From positions 1 to 64,000 of the IMG/VR virus record IMGVR_UViG_3300010167_000010: a DNA stretch of 64,000 bases; one strand, written 5' to 3'. How positions within the stretch are numbered: position 1 is the first letter of the stretch; each line of letters starts with the position of its first letter. Shown here piece after piece: positions 47,509 through 57,526 of the stretch. The position numbers were made by a program, and so were the translations under genes. A model generated the notes under the pieces. It saw nothing but the letters and a program-made list of their open reading frames with translations, was not told the origin of the DNA and searched no databases. The DNA is from a virus. Lineage: Duplodnaviria > Caudoviricetes.

Positions 47509-49265
47509 TAGTAGAAGTTCCTAATATTAAAAGCAGTCAAGAAATAGAATTATTTATAAATAACATCAATCCCAATTTAAGTCCACCAGAAAAAAATTTT
47601 GGATTATATTTTATTGGTGGTGGAGAAGAGGGCTTAAGTTTAAGTGCATTATCTTTAGATGCTTCTGAATTTATGAAAGAATCTTTACAAAGAATATCTG
47701 ATGCTTGGGGAATGAATCGTTCAACATATGTTAGTGCTAATACTGGTTCAGATTTTTTAGATGGTAAAGTTGAAGAATTTTTTGGTGTATTAGAAAAACA
47801 TGCTAGAAATATAAAAAATAAAGGTGAAAAACTTAAAAATGAAATAACAGGTTCTTGGAAATTAGATGATTTAGATTGGAGTATGATGAATGATATAAGG
47901 AGTTCTCCACCTAAACAAGACGAAAAAGTTTTAGTAGTATTTACTGATATTCTAAAGAACTTTAATGAAAGAGCTAATCGTAATATAACAAATATTGGTC
48001 AAACAATAAATTCTGATCATTATTATTGGTTACCATATCATTATCCTAAAAAAGACAGCGGCCCAACATATAGTGGGTATGAAGTAAACTTTAAAAAGAT
48101 ATATGACACTTTACAATGGGCATGGAATACATCTCTTCATAATCCTGATATTGGGGGACATGCTGGAAATGCGTGGACAACAGCTAATAATTTAGGTAGA
48201 AATGCCAGTGCTCAGTTATGGAATAGATTATTAAGAATTCCTGAATTACAACATTTACCTGTTATCCCAGATTATAGACCCAATTTAAATGAATTAGATG
48301 AGAGATTAAATGAAGGTACTAGAGATGCCTCAGCATCTTTAAGACCTAAATTAGAAAATAAACGTAATCAAGCAATAGAGTATCTTCTTAATTCTGGTAC
48401 TGATTTTATAGATAATATGTTTGATGTTATGCTTATTTGTTCACGTGGTTCTGGTCGAGATGGTAGTTTTACTAATTTCTTTGAAGAATTATATAAAAGT
48501 AAATTTATTGGTGGAAATTTACCACCATTTTTAAGTTATGGAAATATATTTATGGTTAGGGCAACTACTATTGATGTTCCACAATCTGAATCTGAATCGT
48601 TCGACTTAAAATTTGGTATTCATGCTATTAAAAAAGTTAGAACAAAAGTTAAATATGAAAGACGAGCTGATTTAAAAGTGCTTATGGACGAACCATTATA
48701 TTTTATGGGAATATTTAATATGATATCTAATAATAATAGAATAGTATTTGATGGTATTTCAGAAAGAAATAGATATCCAAAAGGATTTGCAACTTTCTCT
48801 ACTCAAAGAATTATAAAAGAAAATATATTATCTAAAAATATTAGAATAGATATTTTAATTAAACATCAAAAATTAATGAATAATCCAGAAGTAGAAAACT
48901 TAAGAAATAATAAAGGAATAAATGGTTGGAAATATGATACTTCATTAAATAGAACTGTTATCAACCATGCTGGTTTAAGTTCAGCTGAATTACCATTATG
49001 GTGGTTTGAAGATGTTAAATTTTTAGGCCAAGGTGATGATTTAGTATTTAATAGAGATAATGCTGAAAAATTAGATTTAACTTTTCCATTTTTATTTAAA
49101 AGATGTATTAAAATAGATAGACAATTTAGACACGGTACAGAACAAACTATACAATTTGATGGTAAACCGATTGATGGAATAGAAAGATTTATTGATGAAA
49201 GATTAGTAAAAGAAAGTTTCTATGAACAATCAAATCAAGAGTGGTACTATGACAAATCAAACTAA
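47505..49265 (+). CDS. virion protein, paralog of the upstream gene (tube/hub-like domain)
   Basis: VRATTIDVP...PLWWFEDVKFLG...FLFKRC. Confidence 0.5.
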   Translation: MIVEVPNIKSSQEIELFINNINPNLSPPEKNFGLYFIGGGEEGLSLSALSLDASEFMKESLQRISDAWGMNRSTYVSANTGSDFLDGKVEEFFGVLEKHARNIKNKGEKLKNEITGSWKLDDLDWSMMNDIRSSPPKQDEKVLVVFTDILKNFNERANRNITNIGQTINSDHYYWLPYHYPKKDSGPTYSGYEVNFKKIYDTLQWAWNTSLHNPDIGGHAGNAWTTANNLGRNASAQLWNRLLRIPELQHLPVIPDYRPNLNELDERLNEGTRDASASLRPKLENKRNQAIEYLLNSGTDFIDNMFDVMLICSRGSGRDGSFTNFFEELYKSKFIGGNLPPFLSYGNIFMVRATTIDVPQSESESFDLKFGIHAIKKVRTKVKYERRADLKVLMDEPLYFMGIFNMISNNNRIVFDGISERNRYPKGFATFSTQRIIKENILSKNIRIDILIKHQKLMNNPEVENLRNNKGINGWKYDTSLNRTVINHAGLSSAELPLWWFEDVKFLGQGDDLVFNRDNAEKLDLTFPFLFKRCIKIDRQFRHGTEQTIQFDGKPIDGIERFIDERLVKESFYEQSNQEWYYDKSN

Positions 49266-49271
49266 ATATTT

Positions 49272-50144
49272 ATGGCAATAGATAGAATAAACTTTGGAGA
49301 TGCGATTGAATCTGGTGAAGACAATAAAGGCCAAATCAAATTCGGTGAAGAGTTTATACAACAATTAGATAGATTTCAATCAGATGGTCTCGATTATTTA
49401 TATGAAGTTGAACCACAATCTCAAAACTTATTCTGGGTTGGTTATTTTAGACAAGCTGGTATTGGAGAAAGAAATAGGGGAGAAATAAAAGCTTTTTATA
49501 ATGCTGCATATAGAATAAGAAAAATAACTATCCCCCTACCTAAATTAGAAATAGATCAACAAAATGAATTAAGGGCACCAATATTTAAGAACGTTAATTT
49601 TCCACAAGAAATATCTATAGAATGGTTTGAAGATGTTTATCATTCAGTTAAAAAATATCATTTAGATTGGTATGCTCGTTGGTATAATAGACAATTTGAC
49701 GTATTACGATGCGGAGTAAACGGAAAGTTTAGACAATTAACTTTAGTTGCTTATCATTATATAAATAATGATCATGATTCTTTAATTGAAACACCTATAA
49801 CACAACCTATAATGGCAATTAAAGTTGGTGGTTTAATTCCACTATCACTCCCAGATATTACATTCGATCATGGTGCTGATCAAAATGATCAAGCAATTGC
49901 TATGACTTATAAATGTAGTGCAATTCATTGGGCTTATAGTGATAAAATTGGTTTTGGTACAGACTCGGGACAATTATTTGCAGACGGAACTGGTTCGTTA
50001 CCAGATAGAGACATTGATATTTGGAAACCAGAAGGATTTCAAGAAGAAGGCTCTGTTGATAGATCTGATAATAGTTTCTTAGAACATATTAGAATTGCAA
50101 GAGCAGCAACAAGTCATCAAGTGGCGGAAGGAGCAATTGGATAA
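49272..50144 (+). CDS. tail tube/baseplate-like protein (gp19/gp54 type)
   Basis: RIRKITIP...ISIEWFED...W...P..L..ITFD; late promoter. Confidence 0.5.
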   Translation: MAIDRINFGDAIESGEDNKGQIKFGEEFIQQLDRFQSDGLDYLYEVEPQSQNLFWVGYFRQAGIGERNRGEIKAFYNAAYRIRKITIPLPKLEIDQQNELRAPIFKNVNFPQEISIEWFEDVYHSVKKYHLDWYARWYNRQFDVLRCGVNGKFRQLTLVAYHYINNDHDSLIETPITQPIMAIKVGGLIPLSLPDITFDHGADQNDQAIAMTYKCSAIHWAYSDKIGFGTDSGQLFADGTGSLPDRDIDIWKPEGFQEEGSVDRSDNSFLEHIRIARAATSHQVAEGAIG

Positions 50145-50251
50145 CGAAACGTTCCTTCTATAATTTAATTGTTAACTAATTAAAAGGAGTTAAGGGGAAG
50201 CAATTCCTCTTGGATATAAACTCGGCTTTAAAATATCATAAACTAAATAAT

Positions 50252-50716
50252 ATGGCAATTAAATCTTTATTAGCAAAAGACATTAAAAAATTAAATAATA
50301 GTATAAATAATGCTATCAATTATGTAGACATAGATTATGATGTAAAAAGAGATCCTAGTAATCCCTGGACAACAAAAACACGTTCTACAATATGTAGAAA
50401 TGATTACGCTATATTAAATGCTTATCGATTATGGCTACAATCTAAACGTTACGATTATGTAAGAGCTCCAGATTTCGGCGGATTATTTGAAAATAATTTA
50501 AATGATAGAGTTTATTTTAGTCCAGATAATGAAGAAGCAGTACGACAAATTGTAATAGAAGAATCAGCAATTAAATGGCCTGATATAACAGTATTAGAAT
50601 GTCATGTAACTGCAATTGTTCAAAGAAGAGAATGGTTAATTAGAATAGTAGCTCAAGATAAGGGAACACGTTTAGTTTTAACTGATGAAAATTTAATTAT
50701 ACCAGTAGATAATTAA
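50252..50716 (+). CDS. baseplate wedge protein, gp25-like (start revised from 50210)
   Basis: AILNAYRLWL.S...DYVRAPDFGG.F...W P.I.V; ACTAAATA 10 nt upstream. Confidence 0.65.
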   Translation: MAIKSLLAKDIKKLNNSINNAINYVDIDYDVKRDPSNPWTTKTRSTICRNDYAILNAYRLWLQSKRYDYVRAPDFGGLFENNLNDRVYFSPDNEEAVRQIVIEESAIKWPDITVLECHVTAIVQRREWLIRIVAQDKGTRLVLTDENLIIPVDN

Positions 50717-51936
50717 TTTATTTGCTTTGATGCCCAATCAAATTCATCTTCACAACCCATAAATTGGGCCATTCGAGTAAAATCATCACCGTTTTCAAAA
50801 AATTCTTCAATTTCTTCATCTGTCATATTTTTCTCTTTAACACAATATCTACAAAAAGCATCAGGTAATTTTCTTTCTACAATATCGAAAAGATAATCTT
50901 TTACTCTACCTTCTTCAAGTTTACTTTCTCTCATAGATTCTTTATCTTTTTTGAATAATTCGAGAGCATATTCTATACAACTAGGACAAAGTTTTCCACC
51001 TGAAAGATTTTCGCCTCCACAATGTTCACATTTTGAATCTTTATATTTATTAGCAACACGATTTTTCTTATCATTCATTCTTGCAACTTTATCTTTATCC
51101 CATGACCAATTTGCTTCATACTCAAAATCATCTTTATATCTTCCAGGGTTTCTATTATATGCAGCTAGTAATCTTGATAATGCATCTTGATAAGAAAGTT
51201 TTGTAGTTCCACCTTTAGTATCGTTAAGAATATGCATACCAGAACCACTTCTATTAGGTGCTCTTATATAACCTTCTTTAGTTATAGTTACTACTGAACC
51301 ATTAGGAAATTGAAATTCTGCTGTTCCATTACCAAATTGTCTTGCAGATGATATAATTTCAGCTCCTGTAGTTTCTAAGAAAGAACTCATTTCATTTGAA
51401 TTCATAAAATTTTCAAAATCTTTCATAGTATTTTCAGATTCTTGTAATTGAGATTCTTTCATTCTCATTAGTATTTTAAATTCTTCTAAGCTATATCCTA
51501 GTTTCATTAAAACATCTCTAAGCCATCCAGCATCTCTTATTTCTCCACTATCATAAGCATTAATAGCAACATTAATTAAACGTTTAATATCTGTATCGCT
51601 TAAATTATCTAAATCACCAGAAGTTAAAAAATCTATATCACTTACTTCACTTGGTGTAGGACCTTTATGTGCTTCAATTATTTTTTTAGAATAAATATCT
51701 TCATAAGAACCATTTTCATTTAATTTTTCTTGATTATTACCATCATACATTTCAGTAAATGTTCTAGGATAATTCTTTTTATATTCTTTAAAGGAGAAAC
51801 CTTTTCCGTATTCAGTTTCTACTTTAGGTGATTTATTTACAATTGAAGAATAAAGTTGTTCCCAAGACATACTCTTTTCTTCCTGTAGTTTTTCTTCTTT
51901 ATTATCTTGTAACTTTTCCAATTTATTCTCCTTCAA
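50713..51936 (-). CDS. putative internal head protein with many LxE sites
   Basis: LQE/LNE/LEE repeats; in the protease operon. Confidence 0.55.
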   Translation of the reverse strand: MKENKLEKLQDNKEEKLQEEKSMSWEQLYSSIVNKSPKVETEYGKGFSFKEYKKNYPRTFTEMYDGNNQEKLNENGSYEDIYSKKIIEAHKGPTPSEVSDIDFLTSGDLDNLSDTDIKRLINVAINAYDSGEIRDAGWLRDVLMKLGYSLEEFKILMRMKESQLQESENTMKDFENFMNSNEMSSFLETTGAEIISSARQFGNGTAEFQFPNGSVVTITKEGYIRAPNRSGSGMHILNDTKGGTTKLSYQDALSRLLAAYNRNPGRYKDDFEYEANWSWDKDKVARMNDKKNRVANKYKDSKCEHCGGENLSGGKLCPSCIEYALELFKKDKESMRESKLEEGRVKDYLFDIVERKLPDAFCRYCVKEKNMTDEEIEEFFENGDDFTRMAQFMGCEDEFDWASKQIN

Positions 51937-51939
51937 AAA

Positions 51940-52728
51940 TTAAACTATATGGCCGCCGCCGCCTAATGCATCAAACTTTAATGGCATACCATCAGATCCG
52001 CCAAAAGCTTTCATTCTACTAAAATCAAGTTTAGTTCCTTCTGTTAAATGTTCTGTATCTTCAAACATTTCATCATCAGCTGCTGCTCTCATTTGTTCTC
52101 TTATTACTGTTCTTTCTTGTTGTGGTACTGGTTTAGCAACATTTTTGCTGAATTGTGCCATCATATCACCATCATATTGAACACCAAAGATATTATTTTC
52201 TCTTAATGAATTAAAAGATAAAGTATTATCATCATATTCGTAAGTATTTACTTCTTCTTGTAATACATTTCTATAGAAATCTTCTAAAGTTTGTTCTTTT
52301 ACTGAACCTATTGCACTTTGTGGACCATCTGAATAATTTACATTAAGATTTACTCTATTATCTAAATCCTTTTTTACTTCTCCAGGTGATTTTTTATCAA
52401 AGCTTCCAACAGGTAATGTGTTTATAAGTTCAGCTGTTTTAGACATAGAACTTCCGTTATTTGGATCTATCATATTATTTAATTTTTGAATAATATTAGA
52501 AAACTCTGTAGAAAAATTAGATAAATTATTTGGTATCTTTAAAGTTTCTTGATTTATATTAGATATTTTTTGAGTTCCTTCTTCACCTAATAATGCAGAT
52601 AATTCGGCATCGACTTTCTTAACAGCATCTATAGCTTTTGATACACTAGTTTCTATTTTTGAGATTGATGACTTAAACGAATTTAAATCTGATATATCGT
52701 ATTTTTCTCTTAGATTATATCTTGCCAT
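51940..52728 (-). CDS. putative prohead core/internal protein
   Basis: LRE, LQE and LTE sites; downstream of the protease. Confidence 0.55.
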   Translation of the reverse strand: MARYNLREKYDISDLNSFKSSISKIETSVSKAIDAVKKVDAELSALLGEEGTQKISNINQETLKIPNNLSNFSTEFSNIIQKLNNMIDPNNGSSMSKTAELINTLPVGSFDKKSPGEVKKDLDNRVNLNVNYSDGPQSAIGSVKEQTLEDFYRNVLQEEVNTYEYDDNTLSFNSLRENNIFGVQYDGDMMAQFSKNVAKPVPQQERTVIREQMRAAADDEMFEDTEHLTEGTKLDFSRMKAFGGSDGMPLKFDALGGGGHIV

Positions 52729-52740
52729 TTTATGCTCCTT

Positions 52741-54912
52741 TTATTGTAATCCTGCTGCATGAAGATTTTTTAAGAATTCTTCATTTTTTTGATCTGTAGA
52801 ACTTTCTCTATAAGAGTCAAGAGGATTAATTATTCCTTGATGTTCATATAATTTTGCTCTTTCATCTCTATTTCTATATGAGAATTCAGCTGGTTGTGCT
52901 ACAGCAAAATTAGGATCTATTTGTGTTCTTAAACTTAGGAAAGTAGATGTTGCTTCTCGTAAAGTTTTAGCTCCTCTAATTTGATCTTCAAATGGATCAA
53001 TTGCATCACCATATTTTTCTTTAAGATCTGCCCAATATGATTCAATTTCTATACCTTTATTTTCTCTAAAATTTAAAAACTTACCAATTCTTTCTTCAAA
53101 CTTTGGTTGAATTCTTGCAATCGGATTATATGTATCATTTACTTCTTGCTTGTATGCATTAAAATCTTCTTGAAGCTTTGTATATCGTTTAGATTGTACA
53201 TCATAATTCTTTTCAATTTCTTCATTAGCTTCTTCAAGCTCTCGAATTCTTTCTTGAAGTTTAATAATACCAGCATCGATCTTTTTATTTTCTTCTTCTC
53301 TTAATGTGCTTTCTTCTTTAACACCTTTCATAATAGTTCCAGCTTCTTTTAATTTTCCAACTAAAATATCATTTTCTTTTTCAAATTCTTTATTACTTAA
53401 TGCTAATTTTGAAACTCTTTCCATTAATCTTTCATTTCTAGTTTCAAGTTTTTCAACTGTTTCTTGTAATGATTCTACTTCTGAAGATTTATCTACAATT
53501 TCTTTATTAGAAAGCATGATTTTCTTTTCAGAAAGTTTATTATGAATATTTAATTTTTTCTTTAAATTTTCATTTTCTTCTTTAAGTTGAATATTTCGCT
53601 TTGCTAATCCATCACAAAGTTCTTTATAATCAGTAACTTGCTCATGTAATAAAAGACCTTGTGCTGTATTTCTTTCTGCAGCTTCTCTGAATTGAGTGAT
53701 ATTCATATCATAATCTTTTTCAGTAGTAACTACTTCTTCTACTAATTTTTCTAAAGCACTTTTCTCTTCTAATAGTTGTTTTTCAAGTGCTTCCCGTAAG
53801 TCTGGACAATTTCCTTCATCGAAGCAACTAAGAATGTCAACGCACTCATTAAGTCGTTTAATAGGGTTATCTATCTTATTTGCATCTTCTAAAAAAGATT
53901 GTACATACTTTCTAAATGCTTTTTCTTCCACTTTTGTTAAAGTTCCTTTTGTTTCCATTCTTGTACTCTCCTGTAATGATTCTCTGGTTGTTTTTACTGC
54001 ATCTGCTTTTTGCTCATTTTCATTTGCAATTTGTGATGCACCTTGTGCTGCCCCGTCGGTTGGCGCAGCTATAGGCGCTTGACCTGATGGAGCGGCAGGT
54101 TGTGGTTGCTGGTTTTCTCTAACAGCATCATATTTTTCTGCCATAATTTTACTCCTTGGTTTTATTTTTTCAGCTTCTTTCATTGGCTGATATTTATTAT
54201 ATTCAATCGACGCTCCCTTTGCAGGGTCTTTTAAGAATTCGCCGGCTGTTTTTGTATCTTTTGCAGTACCAAATGTCCCTTGTGAAGGATTTAACACTAA
54301 GTCTGCTAATCTTTCAATTATATAAGTGTTTGGGTCTACTGTTTTAGTTATTGTATCAACATCACCGAATCCAGAAGATGATGTTCCAACACGACCACCA
54401 TGCTCTAATATCTCTTGTGCTAATGCTCCGTATGGTCCAACAAAAGAACCATATCCATAAACTAAACCACCATCTGTTGGAACATCCATATCGTGCCAAA
54501 TAACAGCTTGGTTTTTAAATTCACCTGGATCATTATCTGCTACTGGATGATCACATAATCCACAAAAGCCTTTCCAAGTATCAGATTGTTTATCTTTTAC
54601 ATTTTGCCAAAGTTGTAATGGATAAATACGTTTATTCCCATTCATATTACCATATTTACCAATTGGTAATTTCCAAACTTTGAATGAATTAGATAATCCA
54701 TTTTCAGCTAATTTATTTAAAATAGAATTAAAAACTTTTTGATCGTTTTCTGTCAATCTAGATTTTAATTCATTAGCAACAGAGACAACTTCATTAAGAT
54801 TAATTTGTGATTCAGTGAGACGAACTTTAATATTAAGATTTTTAATTTCTTCTTCTGTGAGACGAGTTATTTCATTGCGGTCAAAAAACCAACTTTCACG
54901 TAATCTTTCCAT
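52741..54912 (-). CDS. prohead core protease (T4 gp21-like) fused to a coiled-coil scaffold
   Basis: NGNKRIYP, DHP, GPYG, VGTSSSGFG, ADLVLNPS; long C-terminal coiled coil rich in LxE. Confidence 0.85.
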   Translation of the reverse strand: MERLRESWFFDRNEITRLTEEEIKNLNIKVRLTESQINLNEVVSVANELKSRLTENDQKVFNSILNKLAENGLSNSFKVWKLPIGKYGNMNGNKRIYPLQLWQNVKDKQSDTWKGFCGLCDHPVADNDPGEFKNQAVIWHDMDVPTDGGLVYGYGSFVGPYGALAQEILEHGGRVGTSSSGFGDVDTITKTVDPNTYIIERLADLVLNPSQGTFGTAKDTKTAGEFLKDPAKGASIEYNKYQPMKEAEKIKPRSKIMAEKYDAVRENQQPQPAAPSGQAPIAAPTDGAAQGASQIANENEQKADAVKTTRESLQESTRMETKGTLTKVEEKAFRKYVQSFLEDANKIDNPIKRLNECVDILSCFDEGNCPDLREALEKQLLEEKSALEKLVEEVVTTEKDYDMNITQFREAAERNTAQGLLLHEQVTDYKELCDGLAKRNIQLKEENENLKKKLNIHNKLSEKKIMLSNKEIVDKSSEVESLQETVEKLETRNERLMERVSKLALSNKEFEKENDILVGKLKEAGTIMKGVKEESTLREEENKKIDAGIIKLQERIRELEEANEEIEKNYDVQSKRYTKLQEDFNAYKQEVNDTYNPIARIQPKFEERIGKFLNFRENKGIEIESYWADLKEKYGDAIDPFEDQIRGAKTLREATSTFLSLRTQIDPNFAVAQPAEFSYRNRDERAKLYEHQGIINPLDSYRESSTDQKNEEFLKNLHAAGLQ

Positions 54913-54973
54913 TTTTTCTCCATAAACATATAGCCACTTCTTGGAGTGATATTATTTAGTTATTTTTACTTTT

Positions 54974-55285
54974 TTATTTTCCAAAAAGTATATCAATTAA
55001 TTCATTAAATAATTCTAAATTATCATAAGCCCAATTTTCATCTAATTTTCTAACTGGACTAATAGTAATTAATTTTCTTCCCTCTGGTCTCCAATAAAAA
55101 CGATATCCATTTTGACCAACTTTTTCTTTTGGTATTTTATATTTAGAAGCTAATGCTCTAACTAAATCGTTATGATCCCTCGACGGCCCATTACTTTTAA
55201 TAGCTAATCCTTGATAAATTACTATACGACCAGTATCATAAGATAATTTCCCATCTTGAATGGCCCATGAAATTCTATAATCCAT
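54974..55285 (-). CDS. hypothetical protein
   Basis: coupled to the upstream late gene. Confidence 0.6.
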   Translation of the reverse strand: MDYRISWAIQDGKLSYDTGRIVIYQGLAIKSNGPSRDHNDLVRALASKYKIPKEKVGQNGYRFYWRPEGRKLITISPVRKLDENWAYDNLELFNELIDILFGK

Positions 55286-55812
55286 TATTTTCCAAAATTC
55301 CTATTGATTCTTTTAACTTCTTTAATAATATGTTTTGCATGCTGTTGAGCAAACTTATAAGAAGCAGGTGTACTTCTTCCTCTAACATAAGATTGACCAG
55401 AATTATCTACTCCCCAATAACCTGCAATACTATCACCATATTTATCTTTTTTAACTGTTGAGGGGTGTTGTCCTTCTATTCTTCCGTCACTAACTCGAAT
55501 GGACTCATCTCTATCCCACCACCATCTACCATATCCACCTTGCCAATCTTTGAAAAACCTGGGATCAGTTTTTCCCGTTAGATCTGGTGGCATTTCTCCA
55601 TCCGACTTAAATATAATATTATTTATAACTATATCACCAGAATCTCTCGATGGTCCTCTACTTTCTGGTTTTGATGATGCTCCTTTTAATTTCATATATT
55701 CATTAAAATCTAAAAGTTCACCATCTTCTAAATCATAATCTATTTTTTTTACACCATTTTCAATGTAAGATCGCTTTTCATTTAATTTATATATTTCATC
55801 AAATGTTTTCAA
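55285..55812 (-). CDS. putative internal protein with a capsid-targeting-like leader MKTFDEIYKLNE
   Basis: resembles the T4 internal protein leader MKTYQEFIAE. Confidence 0.6.
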   Translation of the reverse strand: MKTFDEIYKLNEKRSYIENGVKKIDYDLEDGELLDFNEYMKLKGASSKPESRGPSRDSGDIVINNIIFKSDGEMPPDLTGKTDPRFFKDWQGGYGRWWWDRDESIRVSDGRIEGQHPSTVKKDKYGDSIAGYWGVDNSGQSYVRGRSTPASYKFAQQHAKHIIKEVKRINRNFGK

Positions 55813-57131
55813 TTTATTCCTCCACCTATTTCATTTTGAGAATTATCATTAGCTGATCTAACTAATGTTTCTACTGTTTGTACTATATTTTGAGCATATT
55901 CTGAATTAGATGATTTAGCTTTTTGTAATAAATTTCTTAAATCAAATTGTAAATTAGCATTTAATCCATTTTCTATTTTTTGTAATCTCATTTTTAATTG
56001 CTCATTTTCACTATTATTTCCATCATTCATCATTTGTTTTAAAGACATTACAGCACCTGCAGTTAGTAAACCAGCGTCAGCTGCTTTATCTAATCCATTA
56101 TTTATTGTATCAAAAAATGCTTCTCTTCTTTCTACCCTACTATTATTTGAAAAAACATTATGAATATTATTTTGTCTATCGAAAGGATTAAAATCATTTA
56201 ATTGACGTTGTCTAGGAGCAGCAGTAACCTGTCCGCCTTGAGAACTTAATTGTTGTATTTGATTAGAATCATTTGTTCTAATAACTTGACCATCCGGCAT
56301 AGTAATATTTACATCTCCTTGAGAAATAGTTCCCATAGGGATTTCAGCATGACGTTGACCTAACCATAAGTTTCTTTCATGTTCTATTTCTTCTGGCGTT
56401 CTTTCTTGATTCCACCAATCTTCATTTAATCTATATATTTGTTCAAATTTACTTTCTTTGGTTTGTAAAGGTTGTTTACTTAAAACTTCTAAAGTATTTA
56501 TTATAGATTGAGCATATTCATTTTCACTGGTATTAGCCTTTTGAATTATGCTTCTTAAATCAAATTGTAAATTTTGATCTTGATTATTCCCCCCGCCGCC
56601 CAATTGTTTAGTTGCCTGATTAAAAAAATTACCAATTAAATTCATTATTTCTTTTAAGAAATTATTTAAAGTTAGTTTAGATGTTAAAGTAATTCCAAAT
56701 TTAGTAATTAATTTAGTAATTCCAGCAGCTAAACCACCTACCCCACCTACAGCTGCTAATCCAACACCGCCGGCAACAATTACTCCAGCACCAATTAACA
56801 TTTGAGTCATTGCTTTATTTATATCTTGTTCTAATTGTTGTTGAGATACTTGTGCCATTTGTCTGCCAGCTTCTAATCTTTCATTATCAGCTTGAGTAAT
56901 TGCAGCTCCTAATGGTTTATCAGGATCTTGTTGTTGTATTATTCTAGCTTGACGCATATTTTGTGCTTGAGTTTGACTATTATATTCTCTTCCATCAAAT
57001 TCCCATATAAAATTATTAGACTCATCTCCACCTCTACCAGTAAAATTAGGATTAGGCCTTCTAGTTATTTCAGGAATTTCATCGTTTTCTTTTAATTTTG
57101 GGTACAATTTTGAGAATAAAACAGCATTCAT
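55809..57131 (-). CDS. putative ejected/internal protein with a Gly-rich hydrophobic helix and an internal duplication
   Basis: NLQFDLR...QKA..S..EYAQ twice; FEQIYRLNE. Confidence 0.55.
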   Translation of the reverse strand: MNAVLFSKLYPKLKENDEIPEITRRPNPNFTGRGGDESNNFIWEFDGREYNSQTQAQNMRQARIIQQQDPDKPLGAAITQADNERLEAGRQMAQVSQQQLEQDINKAMTQMLIGAGVIVAGGVGLAAVGGVGGLAAGITKLITKFGITLTSKLTLNNFLKEIMNLIGNFFNQATKQLGGGGNNQDQNLQFDLRSIIQKANTSENEYAQSIINTLEVLSKQPLQTKESKFEQIYRLNEDWWNQERTPEEIEHERNLWLGQRHAEIPMGTISQGDVNITMPDGQVIRTNDSNQIQQLSSQGGQVTAAPRQRQLNDFNPFDRQNNIHNVFSNNSRVERREAFFDTINNGLDKAADAGLLTAGAVMSLKQMMNDGNNSENEQLKMRLQKIENGLNANLQFDLRNLLQKAKSSNSEYAQNIVQTVETLVRSANDNSQNEIGGGIN

Positions 57132-57229
57132 AAATAGTTAGTTTGAATTTAGATGTTTTGTTGATTTTGAACATATATTTCTATAATCTTATATAATATT
57201 GAGAACAAACTTACCGAAGGAGGTACAAA

Positions 57230-57526
57230 ATGAGAACGAAGAAACTTGTTAGAACAGTGAATAAAGGAAAACCAGTCGTGGAGTTCACATTGTGGCACTC
57301 CAATGAAAACGGTTATTGTCCTGTAGCTAATCGTGAGATTATTGGAATTATCAATGCTCGTTTCATAGTGAAGAAAGTTTTGAATATTACAGCGAAACAA
57401 GTAGAAATGGTAATCAATAAAATCCAAGAAGAGAAGAATTATATCGTTTTTGGAAAAGATATCGAGCCTTATTTCGAATCCAAAATCAAAAAACTTCCGA
57501 ATGTATTTTTCTTAGGAGCTAATTAA
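57230..57526 (+). CDS. early hypothetical protein
   Basis: TCTTATATAAT at 57187; AGGAGGT RBS. Confidence 0.65.
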   Translation: MRTKKLVRTVNKGKPVVEFTLWHSNENGYCPVANREIIGIINARFIVKKVLNITAKQVEMVINKIQEEKNYIVFGKDIEPYFESKIKKLPNVFFLGAN

